Below the pieces are notes generated by a model. The model had not been told where the DNA came from and made no database searches. It worked only from the letters and a program-made list of their open reading frames with translations. A stretch of 64,000 bases of DNA from Planctomycetota bacterium (GTDB taxonomy: Bacteria; Planctomycetota; UBA11346): the NCBI GenBank assembly GCA_038213805.1, contig JBBQSO010000018.1:1-64000 (forward strand), in the 5' to 3' direction. Both the position numbers and the translations under genes were made by a program. Shown here one piece after another: positions 55,419-64,000 of the stretch. Within the stretch, counting starts at the first letter, position 1, and each line of letters opens with the position of its first letter.

Positions 55419-57920
55419 ATGTCTCGTCGGATCTGCTGTTCGTTTGTCGTCGTATGGGGTTTGTTCATGAGCACCGCAGTAGCGATGGCGGAAGAAGGTA
55501 ATTATGTTGGTTTTATCCAACATAATTGCCTCGAATGTCATGATCAGGATACCGGGAAGGGTGGCATCGTCCTGGAAGGATGCGAGCGTCGCTTGGAGAA
55601 TCCGGCCAATGCCAGGATGTGGGAACGAGTCTACGACCAAGTCGAGAGCGGACGGATGCCGCCAGCCAAGAAGTCGCGCCCGGAGCCTCTGCAGAGACGC
55701 GCGTACCTCTCTGAACTCGGAGAGCAGTTGACGCTGGCCTCGCTCGCGCACCAACAGCGTGAGGGACGCGTTCCCGTGCGCCGCCTGTCGAACGGTGCCT
55801 ATGAGAACACGGTGCGCTGCCTGCTTAAGATCGAGACGCCACTGACGGGATTCTTTCCCTGCGAGGTGTGCAATGCCGGCTTCGATACCGTGGCCGCCGG
55901 GCAGGGTTTCTCGGCCGCGCTGTTCATCGCTTACCAGGAGGCCGCCGATCGCGCCCTGGACGAAGCCATGGCCGCGAACATATACGCGTCGTTGACGCGC
56001 ACCGAGACGCTGCGCACCGGCGAGCAACTGATGAGCCAGAAGGTCGACGAGTTCCGTCACTATGGATGTTGGGTGAAGGATGGCGCGCTCGTGGTGCCAT
56101 CGCAGATGGGCTTTCCCTATACGACCATCCTCTTGCCAGCAGCACCGCGCAACGGTCGGTACCGCCTGACCTATACCGCGCAGGCGCTCCAGAACGACGG
56201 GAAGCCGCTGTCCATCGCTGTGTCCATCGACAACCGCTTGAGCATTCCCTGGTCACCGTCAGCCGTGGACTGGCATGACGTCCCTGCTGACCAGCCCAAG
56301 ATCGTGACCGCTGAATATACGCTCGAGCAAGGTGATCGGCTGCACCTCTTTGGCTGGACGTTGACGCATCGCAACCACGTCCAAGACGAATTAAAGAAGA
56401 GAGCGAAGGATCCGGATCTTGGTTGGCATTGGCCAGGGCCATCGTTCGCACTCGGCGATCTGGCCATTGAAGGTCCACTCAAGGAGGATGGCACCGTCGA
56501 TAGCTGGCCTCCCGATAGCTATCGTATGCTCTTCGACCAGCTTCCCCTGCGCCAGGTGCCGCCGCGCGTGGGCGCGAGCCAAACTGGGCAAGCTGATACT
56601 TGGGTTCCCGTATCCGATCAGCCGCTAGCCGATGCGCAGCGGCTGCTCCGGCGCTTTATCCCGTTGGCCTTCCGCCGCACGGTGTCAGAGGAGGAGATGA
56701 AGCCCTACTTTCGGCGCGTGAGCGCTGACCTCGACCACGGCGTGGCGTTCCACTCGGCGATGCGTACCGCCTACAAGGCCATCTTATGCTCGCCTCGTTT
56801 GATCTTCTTCGACGAACGCCCAGGCCCGCTCGACCCTGCTGCGATCGCGAACCGGATGGCGTATTTCATCTGGTGCTCGCCGCCGGATGGCGAATTGCAG
56901 CGCGCCGCAGCGGCGGGCGAGCTGAATTGCGATGACGGTCGTCGGGCGCAGGTCGAGCGAATGCTGCGCCATCCGCTGGCCGAACGCTTCGTGCGGACGT
57001 TTACCGACCAGTGGCTCGATCTACAAAAGATCAACGCCACGGCTCCGGATGACGTGCTGTACCCCGAGTACGACCGCATGCTCAAGGAATCGTCGCTGCG
57101 TGAAACCCGGCTGTTCTTCCAGAGATTAATCGATGGCGATCGTCCCCTCCTGGAGTGCATCTCATCGGATTGGACCTTCCTCAACGAGCGGCTGGCGCGC
57201 CATTACGGGCTACCGGCCGTCACTGGTTCCGAGCTGCGCTGCGTAACGCTGCCGGCCGGTAGCAGTCGCGGCGGACTGCTGACCCAGGCCAGTGTGCTCA
57301 AGGTCACTGCCGACGGGGCAAAAACCTCGCCGATCCTGCGCGGTCATTGGGTCTGCGAGCGTATCCTGGGCATCATACCGCCGCCCCCGCCGCCGGATGT
57401 CGCCAAGCTCGAGCCCGACACGCGCGGGGCGACCACCATCCGGCAGCAGCTGGATAAGCACCGTTCCAATCCTTCATGCGCGAGCTGCCATGCTGTCATC
57501 GATCCGCCCGGGTTCGCGCTGGAATCCTTCGATGTCATCGGCGGCTGGCGCGATGCTTACCGGGTGCGCCAGCCGACGGCGCGCAGTGTCACCGTCAGCA
57601 GCCCTGGCGATGCCAGCGTTGATCCGGGGCCCACCAGCACGCTGGTCCATCTGGGGATGTCGGTGGAACTCGGGTATATGTTGCCTGATGGCCGTGCGTT
57701 CAGCGATGTCGACGATTACAAGCGCCGGCTCCTGGAGGAGCCGCAACGGATCGCCCGCTCGCTCGCAGGCAAACTGCTCACCTTTGCCACCGGTGCCCCT
57801 GTCCAATTCGCAGATCGCAGCGATGTCGACGCGGTCGTGTCGCGGATCGCCGCGCATGATTATGGCCTGCGCTCGCTCATCATCGAGATCATCAACTCGC
57901 GCCCCTTCCTGAACAAGTGA
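55419..57920 (+). CDS. DUF1587/1595/1592/1588/1585 planctomycete cytochrome c protein, second paralogue
   Basis: Signal peptide; CLECH and CASCH; RRLSN..YENTV, RGGLLTQ, SPILRG.WV and DPPGFALESFD. Confidence 0.92.
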   Translation: MSRRICCSFVVVWGLFMSTAVAMAEEGNYVGFIQHNCLECHDQDTGKGGIVLEGCERRLENPANARMWERVYDQVESGRMPPAKKSRPEPLQRRAYLSELGEQLTLASLAHQQREGRVPVRRLSNGAYENTVRCLLKIETPLTGFFPCEVCNAGFDTVAAGQGFSAALFIAYQEAADRALDEAMAANIYASLTRTETLRTGEQLMSQKVDEFRHYGCWVKDGALVVPSQMGFPYTTILLPAAPRNGRYRLTYTAQALQNDGKPLSIAVSIDNRLSIPWSPSAVDWHDVPADQPKIVTAEYTLEQGDRLHLFGWTLTHRNHVQDELKKRAKDPDLGWHWPGPSFALGDLAIEGPLKEDGTVDSWPPDSYRMLFDQLPLRQVPPRVGASQTGQADTWVPVSDQPLADAQRLLRRFIPLAFRRTVSEEEMKPYFRRVSADLDHGVAFHSAMRTAYKAILCSPRLIFFDERPGPLDPAAIANRMAYFIWCSPPDGELQRAAAAGELNCDDGRRAQVERMLRHPLAERFVRTFTDQWLDLQKINATAPDDVLYPEYDRMLKESSLRETRLFFQRLIDGDRPLLECISSDWTFLNERLARHYGLPAVTGSELRCVTLPAGSSRGGLLTQASVLKVTADGAKTSPILRGHWVCERILGIIPPPPPPDVAKLEPDTRGATTIRQQLDKHRSNPSCASCHAVIDPPGFALESFDVIGGWRDAYRVRQPTARSVTVSSPGDASVDPGPTSTLVHLGMSVELGYMLPDGRAFSDVDDYKRRLLEEPQRIARSLAGKLLTFATGAPVQFADRSDVDAVVSRIAAHDYGLRSLIIEIINSRPFLNK

Positions 57921-57927
57921 GCACGTA

Positions 57928-59202
57928 GTGAATTTCCATCTCCGCACCCCGCTCTTTCGACGCGCGTTCCTGCGCGCCGGCGCCATCTGCCTCGCGCTTC
58001 CCTACCTGCATGCCATGGAACCGCCGCGGCCTGGCCCGCTCGTCGCCGCCCCGCGGCGGCTATTGTTGATCGCCCGCAACCTTGGTCTGCACGCGCCATT
58101 CTTGTTTCCGGAAACACCTGGCCTGACCTATGAATCGACCCGCTACCTGAAGCATTTGAATGAGCACCGCGGCACCTTCACGATCTTCTCGGGGATGTCG
58201 CACCTGCGCTACAGCAACCACCACAGCGAGCCCGGACTGTTCACCGGTGTCGATTGGGATCGCATCAAGGATCCCGCCAAGGAGCACCGCAACAGCATTT
58301 CCCTCGACCAGTACGCCTCTGAGCGCATCGGCGGCGATACGCGCTTCTCAAATCTGGTCATCGGTTCCTCCGTACAGTGGCCATTCTCATGGACCGATCG
58401 CGGACTGCCGGTGCCCAGCGAAGGCCGACACCACCACGTTTTCAACCAGCTATTCATGGAAGGCTCCGCGGACGAGGTCGGCATCGAGGTGCAGCGGCTC
58501 ATTAATGGTCGCAGTATCCTGGATCAGATCCAATCCGAGGCGGCGGCCCTGGGGCGCCAACTCGGAGCAGAGGATCGTCAGCGCATTGATCTGATGTTCA
58601 GTTCCATCCGGGACGCTGAACGTCGCCTGCAACGCGCACAGGAATGGGCGAACAAGCCGAAGCCGGCGGTCTCATTCGCAATGCCTGATCAGGAACCAAC
58701 CAACGACCACATGGTGGAACGCCAGACCCTGTGGCTTGATCTCGTGCGCTTGGCATTCGAGACCGACTCCACGCGCGTGATTCTGCTCACCCTGGGCGAT
58801 GTCGGCCGGGCGAAGCTCGACGGTCTCACCATGGGACACCATGACGCTTCCCATCATGGAAAGGAGGACAGCAAAATCGCACAACTGGCACTGATCGAGG
58901 AGGCGGAACTCCAGGTCTTCAGCCGCTTCCTTGCCACTATGAAGCAGAGCGCCAGCGTCGGTGGGACTCTATTTGATCACACTGCGATCGTGCATGTCAG
59001 CAACCTGGGCAATGCCTCCGCCCATACGTGCGAAAACCTTCCCGTGATCCTCGCTGGCGGCGGGTTCCGTCATCAAGGCCATGTCCTGCATGACCGCATG
59101 CGGAACGTACCTCTCAGCAACCTCTATACGCGCGTCCTTCAGCAAACCGGCATTGCCACCGAATCGTTCGGGTGCAGTACGGAGGTCTACCAATTCGTGT
59201 AA
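57928..59202 (+). CDS. DUF1552 family Tat-exported protein, second paralogue
   Basis: RRAFLRAG..LALP.L, NSISLDQ, SILD, HDASHHG, SNLGNAS.H and NLPVILAGG. Confidence 0.92.
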   Translation: MNFHLRTPLFRRAFLRAGAICLALPYLHAMEPPRPGPLVAAPRRLLLIARNLGLHAPFLFPETPGLTYESTRYLKHLNEHRGTFTIFSGMSHLRYSNHHSEPGLFTGVDWDRIKDPAKEHRNSISLDQYASERIGGDTRFSNLVIGSSVQWPFSWTDRGLPVPSEGRHHHVFNQLFMEGSADEVGIEVQRLINGRSILDQIQSEAAALGRQLGAEDRQRIDLMFSSIRDAERRLQRAQEWANKPKPAVSFAMPDQEPTNDHMVERQTLWLDLVRLAFETDSTRVILLTLGDVGRAKLDGLTMGHHDASHHGKEDSKIAQLALIEEAELQVFSRFLATMKQSASVGGTLFDHTAIVHVSNLGNASAHTCENLPVILAGGGFRHQGHVLHDRMRNVPLSNLYTRVLQQTGIATESFGCSTEVYQFV

Positions 59203-59593
59203 GTATGTTTTCCAGTAAATCCGTCGCCAGGCGTTGACGTTATTCCCAGAAACGATAGCATATCCTGCAACAGGCAGTGCCCAAGCAGACTCAATGGGTA
59301 CCAATGCCCATGCCATAGCACGCCGCTACCGGGTTCGTTCAGTGAGTAATAGGCTGTGCACATCGTGCGCCTGCATCGAATGGTGATGCTGTTCCAGCTC
59401 ACCCGCATGGCCGAGATGGCTATTGGAAGCTGGTTCGAGCTAGCCTCTGCATTCGCTAGCGACCGAGGGCCTAACTCGTTCCTCGATGATCGGCCTGCTC
59501 TCCACCAGTAGGAGACGCACACCGTCACCCTCCTCCACGTCGTTTCACAAAGAATCCTCCGGTAAAGATGTTTCCTGGTGTACGTATTCCCTC

Positions 59594-60148
59594 ATGGAGC
59601 CACTTCTTCCCACGCCCGCTACCGGTGCCGCGGCAAGCGACCGCAATGAGCAGTTCGTGGTTTTGCTTCAGGGGGCGCAGCGTCGTCTTCAGGCTTACCT
59701 CGCGACCCTACTCGGCAATCGGCATGACGCCGAGGATGCATTGCAGCGGGTGAGCATCATTCTTTGGCGGAAGTTTGCCGACTTCGAGTTGGGGAGCGAT
59801 TTCCTGGCCTGGGCGATCACCGTCGCGCGTTTCGAGGCCCGTAACTTCCAACGTGTGTCCGGCCGCTCGCGCCTGCGTTTCGGCGATGACCTGATGGAGC
59901 TGCTGGCGGAGGAGCGCGCCCCGGACCTTCTTCTGCTGGATAACCGGCTGGACGCGCTCGATGAATGCCTGCGGGAGCTCGATCCACCGAGCCGATCCCT
60001 TCTGGAGTCGGCCTACCAGCAGGACTCTACCATCGCTGATCTCGCCGCCCGCCTCGGCAAGGCGCCGCAAACTTTGTATAACCGCCTCAATACCCTACGT
60101 CGCAGCCTGGTCGCTTGCATTGAGCATCGGATCGGGGAACCCGCGTGA
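59594..60148 (+). CDS. ECF sigma-70 factor
   Basis: DAEDALQ....LWRKF..FE.GSDFLAWA..VARF and LAARLG....LY..L..LRR.L..CI. Confidence 0.93.
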   Translation: MEPLLPTPATGAAASDRNEQFVVLLQGAQRRLQAYLATLLGNRHDAEDALQRVSIILWRKFADFELGSDFLAWAITVARFEARNFQRVSGRSRLRFGDDLMELLAEERAPDLLLLDNRLDALDECLRELDPPSRSLLESAYQQDSTIADLAARLGKAPQTLYNRLNTLRRSLVACIEHRIGEPA

Positions 60149-61611
60149 ACGGCGACGGCGGTTCTGATCCAGACGCAGCGGAGCTGCGGCGCCAAGAACT
60201 CTTCCGGCTCTTCGGGGCCATCGGCGACGGCACCATCAATGACGCTGATCACGAGCGGCTGCAGGCCCTGCTCGCCAGCGATGCGCGGGCTCGTCATCTT
60301 TGGTTCATCTACAACGATCTCGAGGCCGGACTCGATACCTGGGCCGCTGCGCAACCGCGACCCGTGCATGCCAGCTCTCGAACTGCCATCGAAGAATCGC
60401 TCATGGCAGCTCAGGATCCTTCGTCGAGTAAGCGCGGAATGCTCGTGCCGACACGCGCCGGACGCCATTTCCTGCGGTCGAGTTGGAGATTCATCGCCGT
60501 AGCTGCTGCGATGGTAGTTGCGGTCCTGGGGATCAACCTGCACGTCCTTCCTATCTCGGCTCCGGCAGCTTTAGCAGCGCCAGCAGCCTTTGCTGCGCTC
60601 AGCGGCGAGATCGACGCTCGGTGGGGCGATGATGCGTTGTCGCGTCTGCTCGCGGCGGGCGCGCTGCCCACTGATCTGGTGCACCTAGTATCCGGCAGCG
60701 CGCAATTCACCTTCGCCAGCGGCGCTACCGTCGTCATCCAGGGTCCGGCCGAATTCGCGCTGCGCGGGCCGCTCCGCATAGAGATGCTGTCAGGCAAAGT
60801 TCTTTGCCGGTGCCCGCTTGAGCCTTCGCGCCTGACCGTCGTTACACCGGCGATAGAGGTCACTGACCTCGGCACGGAGTTCGTGGTGGATGCGGGCGGC
60901 GAGCAGAGGACGCGCGTCGCGGTGATCCAGGGTGAGGTCCTCGTCGCCCGCAACGGCCAGCGCTTCCACATGCGCACCGGCCAGACCTTTGCGGTGAGCC
61001 TAGATGGTCATGTCGAATACGATGCGCCCTTCCGCGATCGCTTTCTTCCCATCGTCAGAATTGACGAAGCGGAGAGACCTGGAACAGCCGTCGGCGCCAA
61101 CCTGCTCGCCGATCCAGGCTTTGAGGTCCACCAGCTGATCGCGAGCGACGCAGGCCCTGGGGTTTGGCATGGAACGGCTGGCGCCACGGCCCGCCTGCCC
61201 GGCCGTGGGCGCGCAGGCTCGGTTGCCGCGTGCATCGATTCGGCGATGGGGCTGACCTACCCGCTCGTCAGACAACTGGTTACTACCGGGGATGTCGGTG
61301 GCCGAGAGGTCCAGGCCAGTGTCTGGCTGGCGCAGCCGCGCGAGAATCCCTTACGTGGCACGCAGGATGCCATCCTTAAGCTGACGTTCCGAGATCATGC
61401 CGGTCACTACGCCTGGGCGCAGCGTCGTCTGCCCGTGGCATCCAATGAAGCTGAGCATTTCCTGCAGTCGCGCCTGTCCGCCGTCGCGCCCCCCGGCACC
61501 GACCAGGTGCTCTTCGAAGTGCTGGTGAACACCGCGGGGAGGATGCATGGTTCCATCCTCATTGACGATGCGGCAGTCGTGATCGCCGAACCCGTCGCAG
61601 CGCGTCCATGA
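60145..61611 (+). CDS. FecR-family anti-sigma factor with C-terminal CBM4/9-like domain
   Basis: GTGA overlap; TM helix; F.SGA.V.IQGPA.F, VTDLGTEF.V and V.QGEV; C-terminal NLL.DPGFE...IDDA jelly-roll signature. Confidence 0.88.
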   Translation: MNGDGGSDPDAAELRRQELFRLFGAIGDGTINDADHERLQALLASDARARHLWFIYNDLEAGLDTWAAAQPRPVHASSRTAIEESLMAAQDPSSSKRGMLVPTRAGRHFLRSSWRFIAVAAAMVVAVLGINLHVLPISAPAALAAPAAFAALSGEIDARWGDDALSRLLAAGALPTDLVHLVSGSAQFTFASGATVVIQGPAEFALRGPLRIEMLSGKVLCRCPLEPSRLTVVTPAIEVTDLGTEFVVDAGGEQRTRVAVIQGEVLVARNGQRFHMRTGQTFAVSLDGHVEYDAPFRDRFLPIVRIDEAERPGTAVGANLLADPGFEVHQLIASDAGPGVWHGTAGATARLPGRGRAGSVAACIDSAMGLTYPLVRQLVTTGDVGGREVQASVWLAQPRENPLRGTQDAILKLTFRDHAGHYAWAQRRLPVASNEAEHFLQSRLSAVAPPGTDQVLFEVLVNTAGRMHGSILIDDAAVVIAEPVAARP

Positions 61612-63068
61612 GCCGCCAAGTTCGCGGCCGGCTGCCGATGAGCGCAGCCGGTGCCAATTTTCTTCAGTGCATGGCCTGCTTGGCTCTGGTGGCCGGCGCC
61701 AACGGCGATGACGTTGCCAGCGCCGCCGTTGTCACCATGCCTCCCTTCGTGGACGGTGACCGCGTCTGCTTCGTCGGTGACAGCATCACCAAGGGTGGCG
61801 ACTTCCACGCGTTCATCGAGCTCTTCTATGCGACGCGCTGCGCCGATCGGGCAATCGCTTGGTACAATTGCGGCGTGGGGGGCGACCGAGCCAAGGCCAT
61901 GATGCAGGTCGCGCGGTATCGCATCGAAACCGACGTCCTCACGCACCGTCCGACGGTGGTCGTCGTGATGCTCGGCATGAACGATGTCGATCGCAACGCC
62001 TATGCCCTCACCCCCGGCGCACCGGCTACCGATCGCCAGCGCCAGGGCATGCAGGACTATGAAACCGGGATGATCGCGCTCATCGCCGCGCTCAGGGCGG
62101 ATGGCGCGCGCGCGATCCTGCTCACCCCGTCGCCCTACGACGAGACGGCGGCGATCCCCCAGCGCGAAACCATCGTCGGCGTCGACGGGGCGCTGGCCCG
62201 GTGTTCCGTGCTGGTCACGGGCTGGTCAGCGAGCCTGCATACCGGGCTGGTCGACCTGCACGGGCCGATGACCGCAATCAGCCGCAGGGAGCAGGCGCGC
62301 GATCCGCGCTTCTCGCTCATTGGCGCCGGCAAGGACTGGAACGACCGCGTGCATCCTGGACCGGTCGCGAATCTGGTCATGGCCTACGCCTTCCTAATGG
62401 CTCAGGGCCTGCCCCGGGAAGTCGCGCGCATCTCCATCGACGGTCGCACCGGCTCACCCGCCGCCCCGCAGCGCTGTCGGATCGAGGGCGCCACCGCCAC
62501 GCCGACGCGGATCGCATTTATCTGCAAAGAGGAGGGCATCCCCTTCGTCGCTCCCGAGGCAGCCCGCGCCGCCATGGACCTCGTCCCCTTCCTGGCGGAC
62601 CTCGACCGTGAGACGCTGCAGGTCGCCAACCTGGACGAAGGCCGCTGGAAACTCTCGATCGACGACCAGGAGATCGCGACCTGGACGGCGGCACAATTGG
62701 CCGTCGGCATCGAACTCGCCGAGAACACCAGCACGCCTCAGCATCAGCAGTCCCGTCGAGCGCTGCAGGTGTGCATCGAGCGCCGACGTCTCGGCGAGCA
62801 ACTGCGCGAGCTGGCGACGCTGAAGTACGGCATGGCCAAGGACGGACTCGATCCGGGCGACGTGCAGGCGGTTGCGCGCTATATCGATGAACGCATCGCG
62901 ATCGCCACCCGGTCCGGTGGTCAAGTCCCGGGCTACCTGGCTGATGGCCGACGCCCGCTGCTGGAGCCCGGCCGGTGGGAAAAACAATACGATGCGCTCA
63001 GCGTCGCCATGCGCGAGGCATGCAGGCCTGTCAGCCACCGCTTCGTTCTGATCAGGGAAACGCCATGA
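61608..63068 (+). CDS. SGNH/GDSL hydrolase with C-terminal extension
   Basis: FVGDSIT, NCGVGGD, MLGMND and DRVHPG. Confidence 0.9.
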   Translation: MSRQVRGRLPMSAAGANFLQCMACLALVAGANGDDVASAAVVTMPPFVDGDRVCFVGDSITKGGDFHAFIELFYATRCADRAIAWYNCGVGGDRAKAMMQVARYRIETDVLTHRPTVVVVMLGMNDVDRNAYALTPGAPATDRQRQGMQDYETGMIALIAALRADGARAILLTPSPYDETAAIPQRETIVGVDGALARCSVLVTGWSASLHTGLVDLHGPMTAISRREQARDPRFSLIGAGKDWNDRVHPGPVANLVMAYAFLMAQGLPREVARISIDGRTGSPAAPQRCRIEGATATPTRIAFICKEEGIPFVAPEAARAAMDLVPFLADLDRETLQVANLDEGRWKLSIDDQEIATWTAAQLAVGIELAENTSTPQHQQSRRALQVCIERRRLGEQLRELATLKYGMAKDGLDPGDVQAVARYIDERIAIATRSGGQVPGYLADGRRPLLEPGRWEKQYDALSVAMREACRPVSHRFVLIRETP

Positions 63069-64000
63069 ACCTCGGTCGCACTCCTTTGGACGCCTGCCAA
63101 GGTTCACGCTCCGGATGCCCGCGACCGCAAGCGCTCGTGCAAAACATGGTGATAGCGACGTTGATCTGGCTTGCGCCGCTCGCCTGCGCCCGTGCGGCAG
63201 ACGTCGGTCCAACTGTCTGGACCCTCGATACCGGCGGGATCGCCGGTCAGGATGAATCGTACTTGGTCGGAGCTCTGCAGGGGCTGGTCAACCGCGATCA
63301 CCCGCGGCTCTATCTCAACCATGCGAGCCCACAATGCGCCGGGGCGGGCAACGTGTTCGCGCACTTCCTGCAGGAACGCAAAGGCATCGTCTTTGGTGTC
63401 TTGCCCACGCTGCAGGAAGCGGTCACGCGCTTCGCCGCGACCACTGGCGCCGACGGCAAGAAGCTCATCAAGGGACTGGTGGTATACGATCCAGGCCATG
63501 GACGCTCCTACCTGCATTGGATCGCGGGGAATATCGCCGCGCAGGAGGGGCTGCTGCCGGTCACTCCTGGCATCATGGCTGGCGAAACCTCCCTGCTGTC
63601 GGGTCGGGACCGCTGGAGCGATGACATCGCGATGCATGGATGGGATGACATGTTCGCTGGCGCGACCGCCACGCCCCACGGGCTCGAGATCCGCGGCAGC
63701 GACGACCAGTTCCGCTGCGGCAAGCTCGGCTCTTACCGGCATAAATGGATCCAGCTCGACCTCGCTCGCACCCCCAAGCTCGAGATCACCATTGCCGCGT
63801 TGTCGCCTGGCGGCAGCTGGGGACTCGCGGTCGACCTGGGATCGACGATCAGGACGGACCTGAATCCGACCGGGACCGTGGTAGCGGCTAACCGTACGGA
63901 CACCGGAACCTTCGTCTTTGATCTTGCCGCTAGCGGCAAGTTCGACCCCACCGCCGGGCGGGCCGACCTGCATCTGTGCGTGACCACGGCTAAGGCGACG
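63065..64000 (+). CDS. GxGYxYP-family putative glycoside hydrolase, N-terminal part (runs off the window; absent from the ORF track)
   Basis: ATGA overlap at 63065; my translation is open to the edge; signal ..LIWLAPLACARA, ALQGLVNR..PRLYL, IKGLVVYDP and A..IAA.EGLLPVTP. Confidence 0.8.
   Translation, partial: MNLGRTPLDACQGSRSGCPRPQALVQNMVIATLIWLAPLACARAADVGPTVWTLDTGGIAGQDESYLVGALQGLVNRDHPRLYLNHASPQCAGAGNVFAHFLQERKGIVFGVLPTLQEAVTRFAATTGADGKKLIKGLVVYDPGHGRSYLHWIAGNIAAQEGLLPVTPGIMAGETSLLSGRDRWSDDIAMHGWDDMFAGATATPHGLEIRGSDDQFRCGKLGSYRHKWIQLDLARTPKLEITIAALSPGGSWGLAVDLGSTIRTDLNPTGTVVAANRTDTGTFVFDLAASGKFDPTAGRADLHLCVTTAKAT

Noticed and set aside
59187..59528. 113-aa minus-strand ORF between DUF1552 and sigma 3
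   Set aside because: Antisense to the operon, poor codon bias, no recognisable family
1..64000. CRISPR array, tRNA/rRNA, prophage, defence system or TonB-dependent receptor
   Set aside because: No regularly spaced repeats, RNA-gene signatures or matching protein motifs seen by eye; short RNAs could have been missed

Overview
High-GC, Planctomycetota-like region. The evidence is DUF1552/DUF1592, DUF1549/1553 and DUF1501 families, a PVC-type CxxCH protein and three ECF sigma/FecR pairs. Almost all of it serves polysaccharide sensing and breakdown, apparently pectin rhamnogalacturonan and fucosylated or acetylated glycans: PL4 and YetA/PcRGLX-like lyases, a heparinase II/III-like lyase, GH29 and GH95 fucosidases, a beta-helix protein, six esterases, RhaM, an SSS symporter, and LacI and AraC regulators. 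No TonB-dependent receptor or SusC/D pair is present. Instead the cassette DUF1592-DUF1552-ECF sigma-FecR-secreted glycan enzyme occurs twice in opposite orientation. Each FecR carries a different putative glycan-sensing domain, and three heme-c scaffolds carry inserted beta-sandwich modules. A mobile-element scar at about 50.9-54.8 kb holds a decayed IS5, an IS481-like element and a Tn3 end, and encloses a decayed TPP riboswitch plus thiC relic abutting rhaM. All family assignments are from motif recognition by eye; no database search was run.
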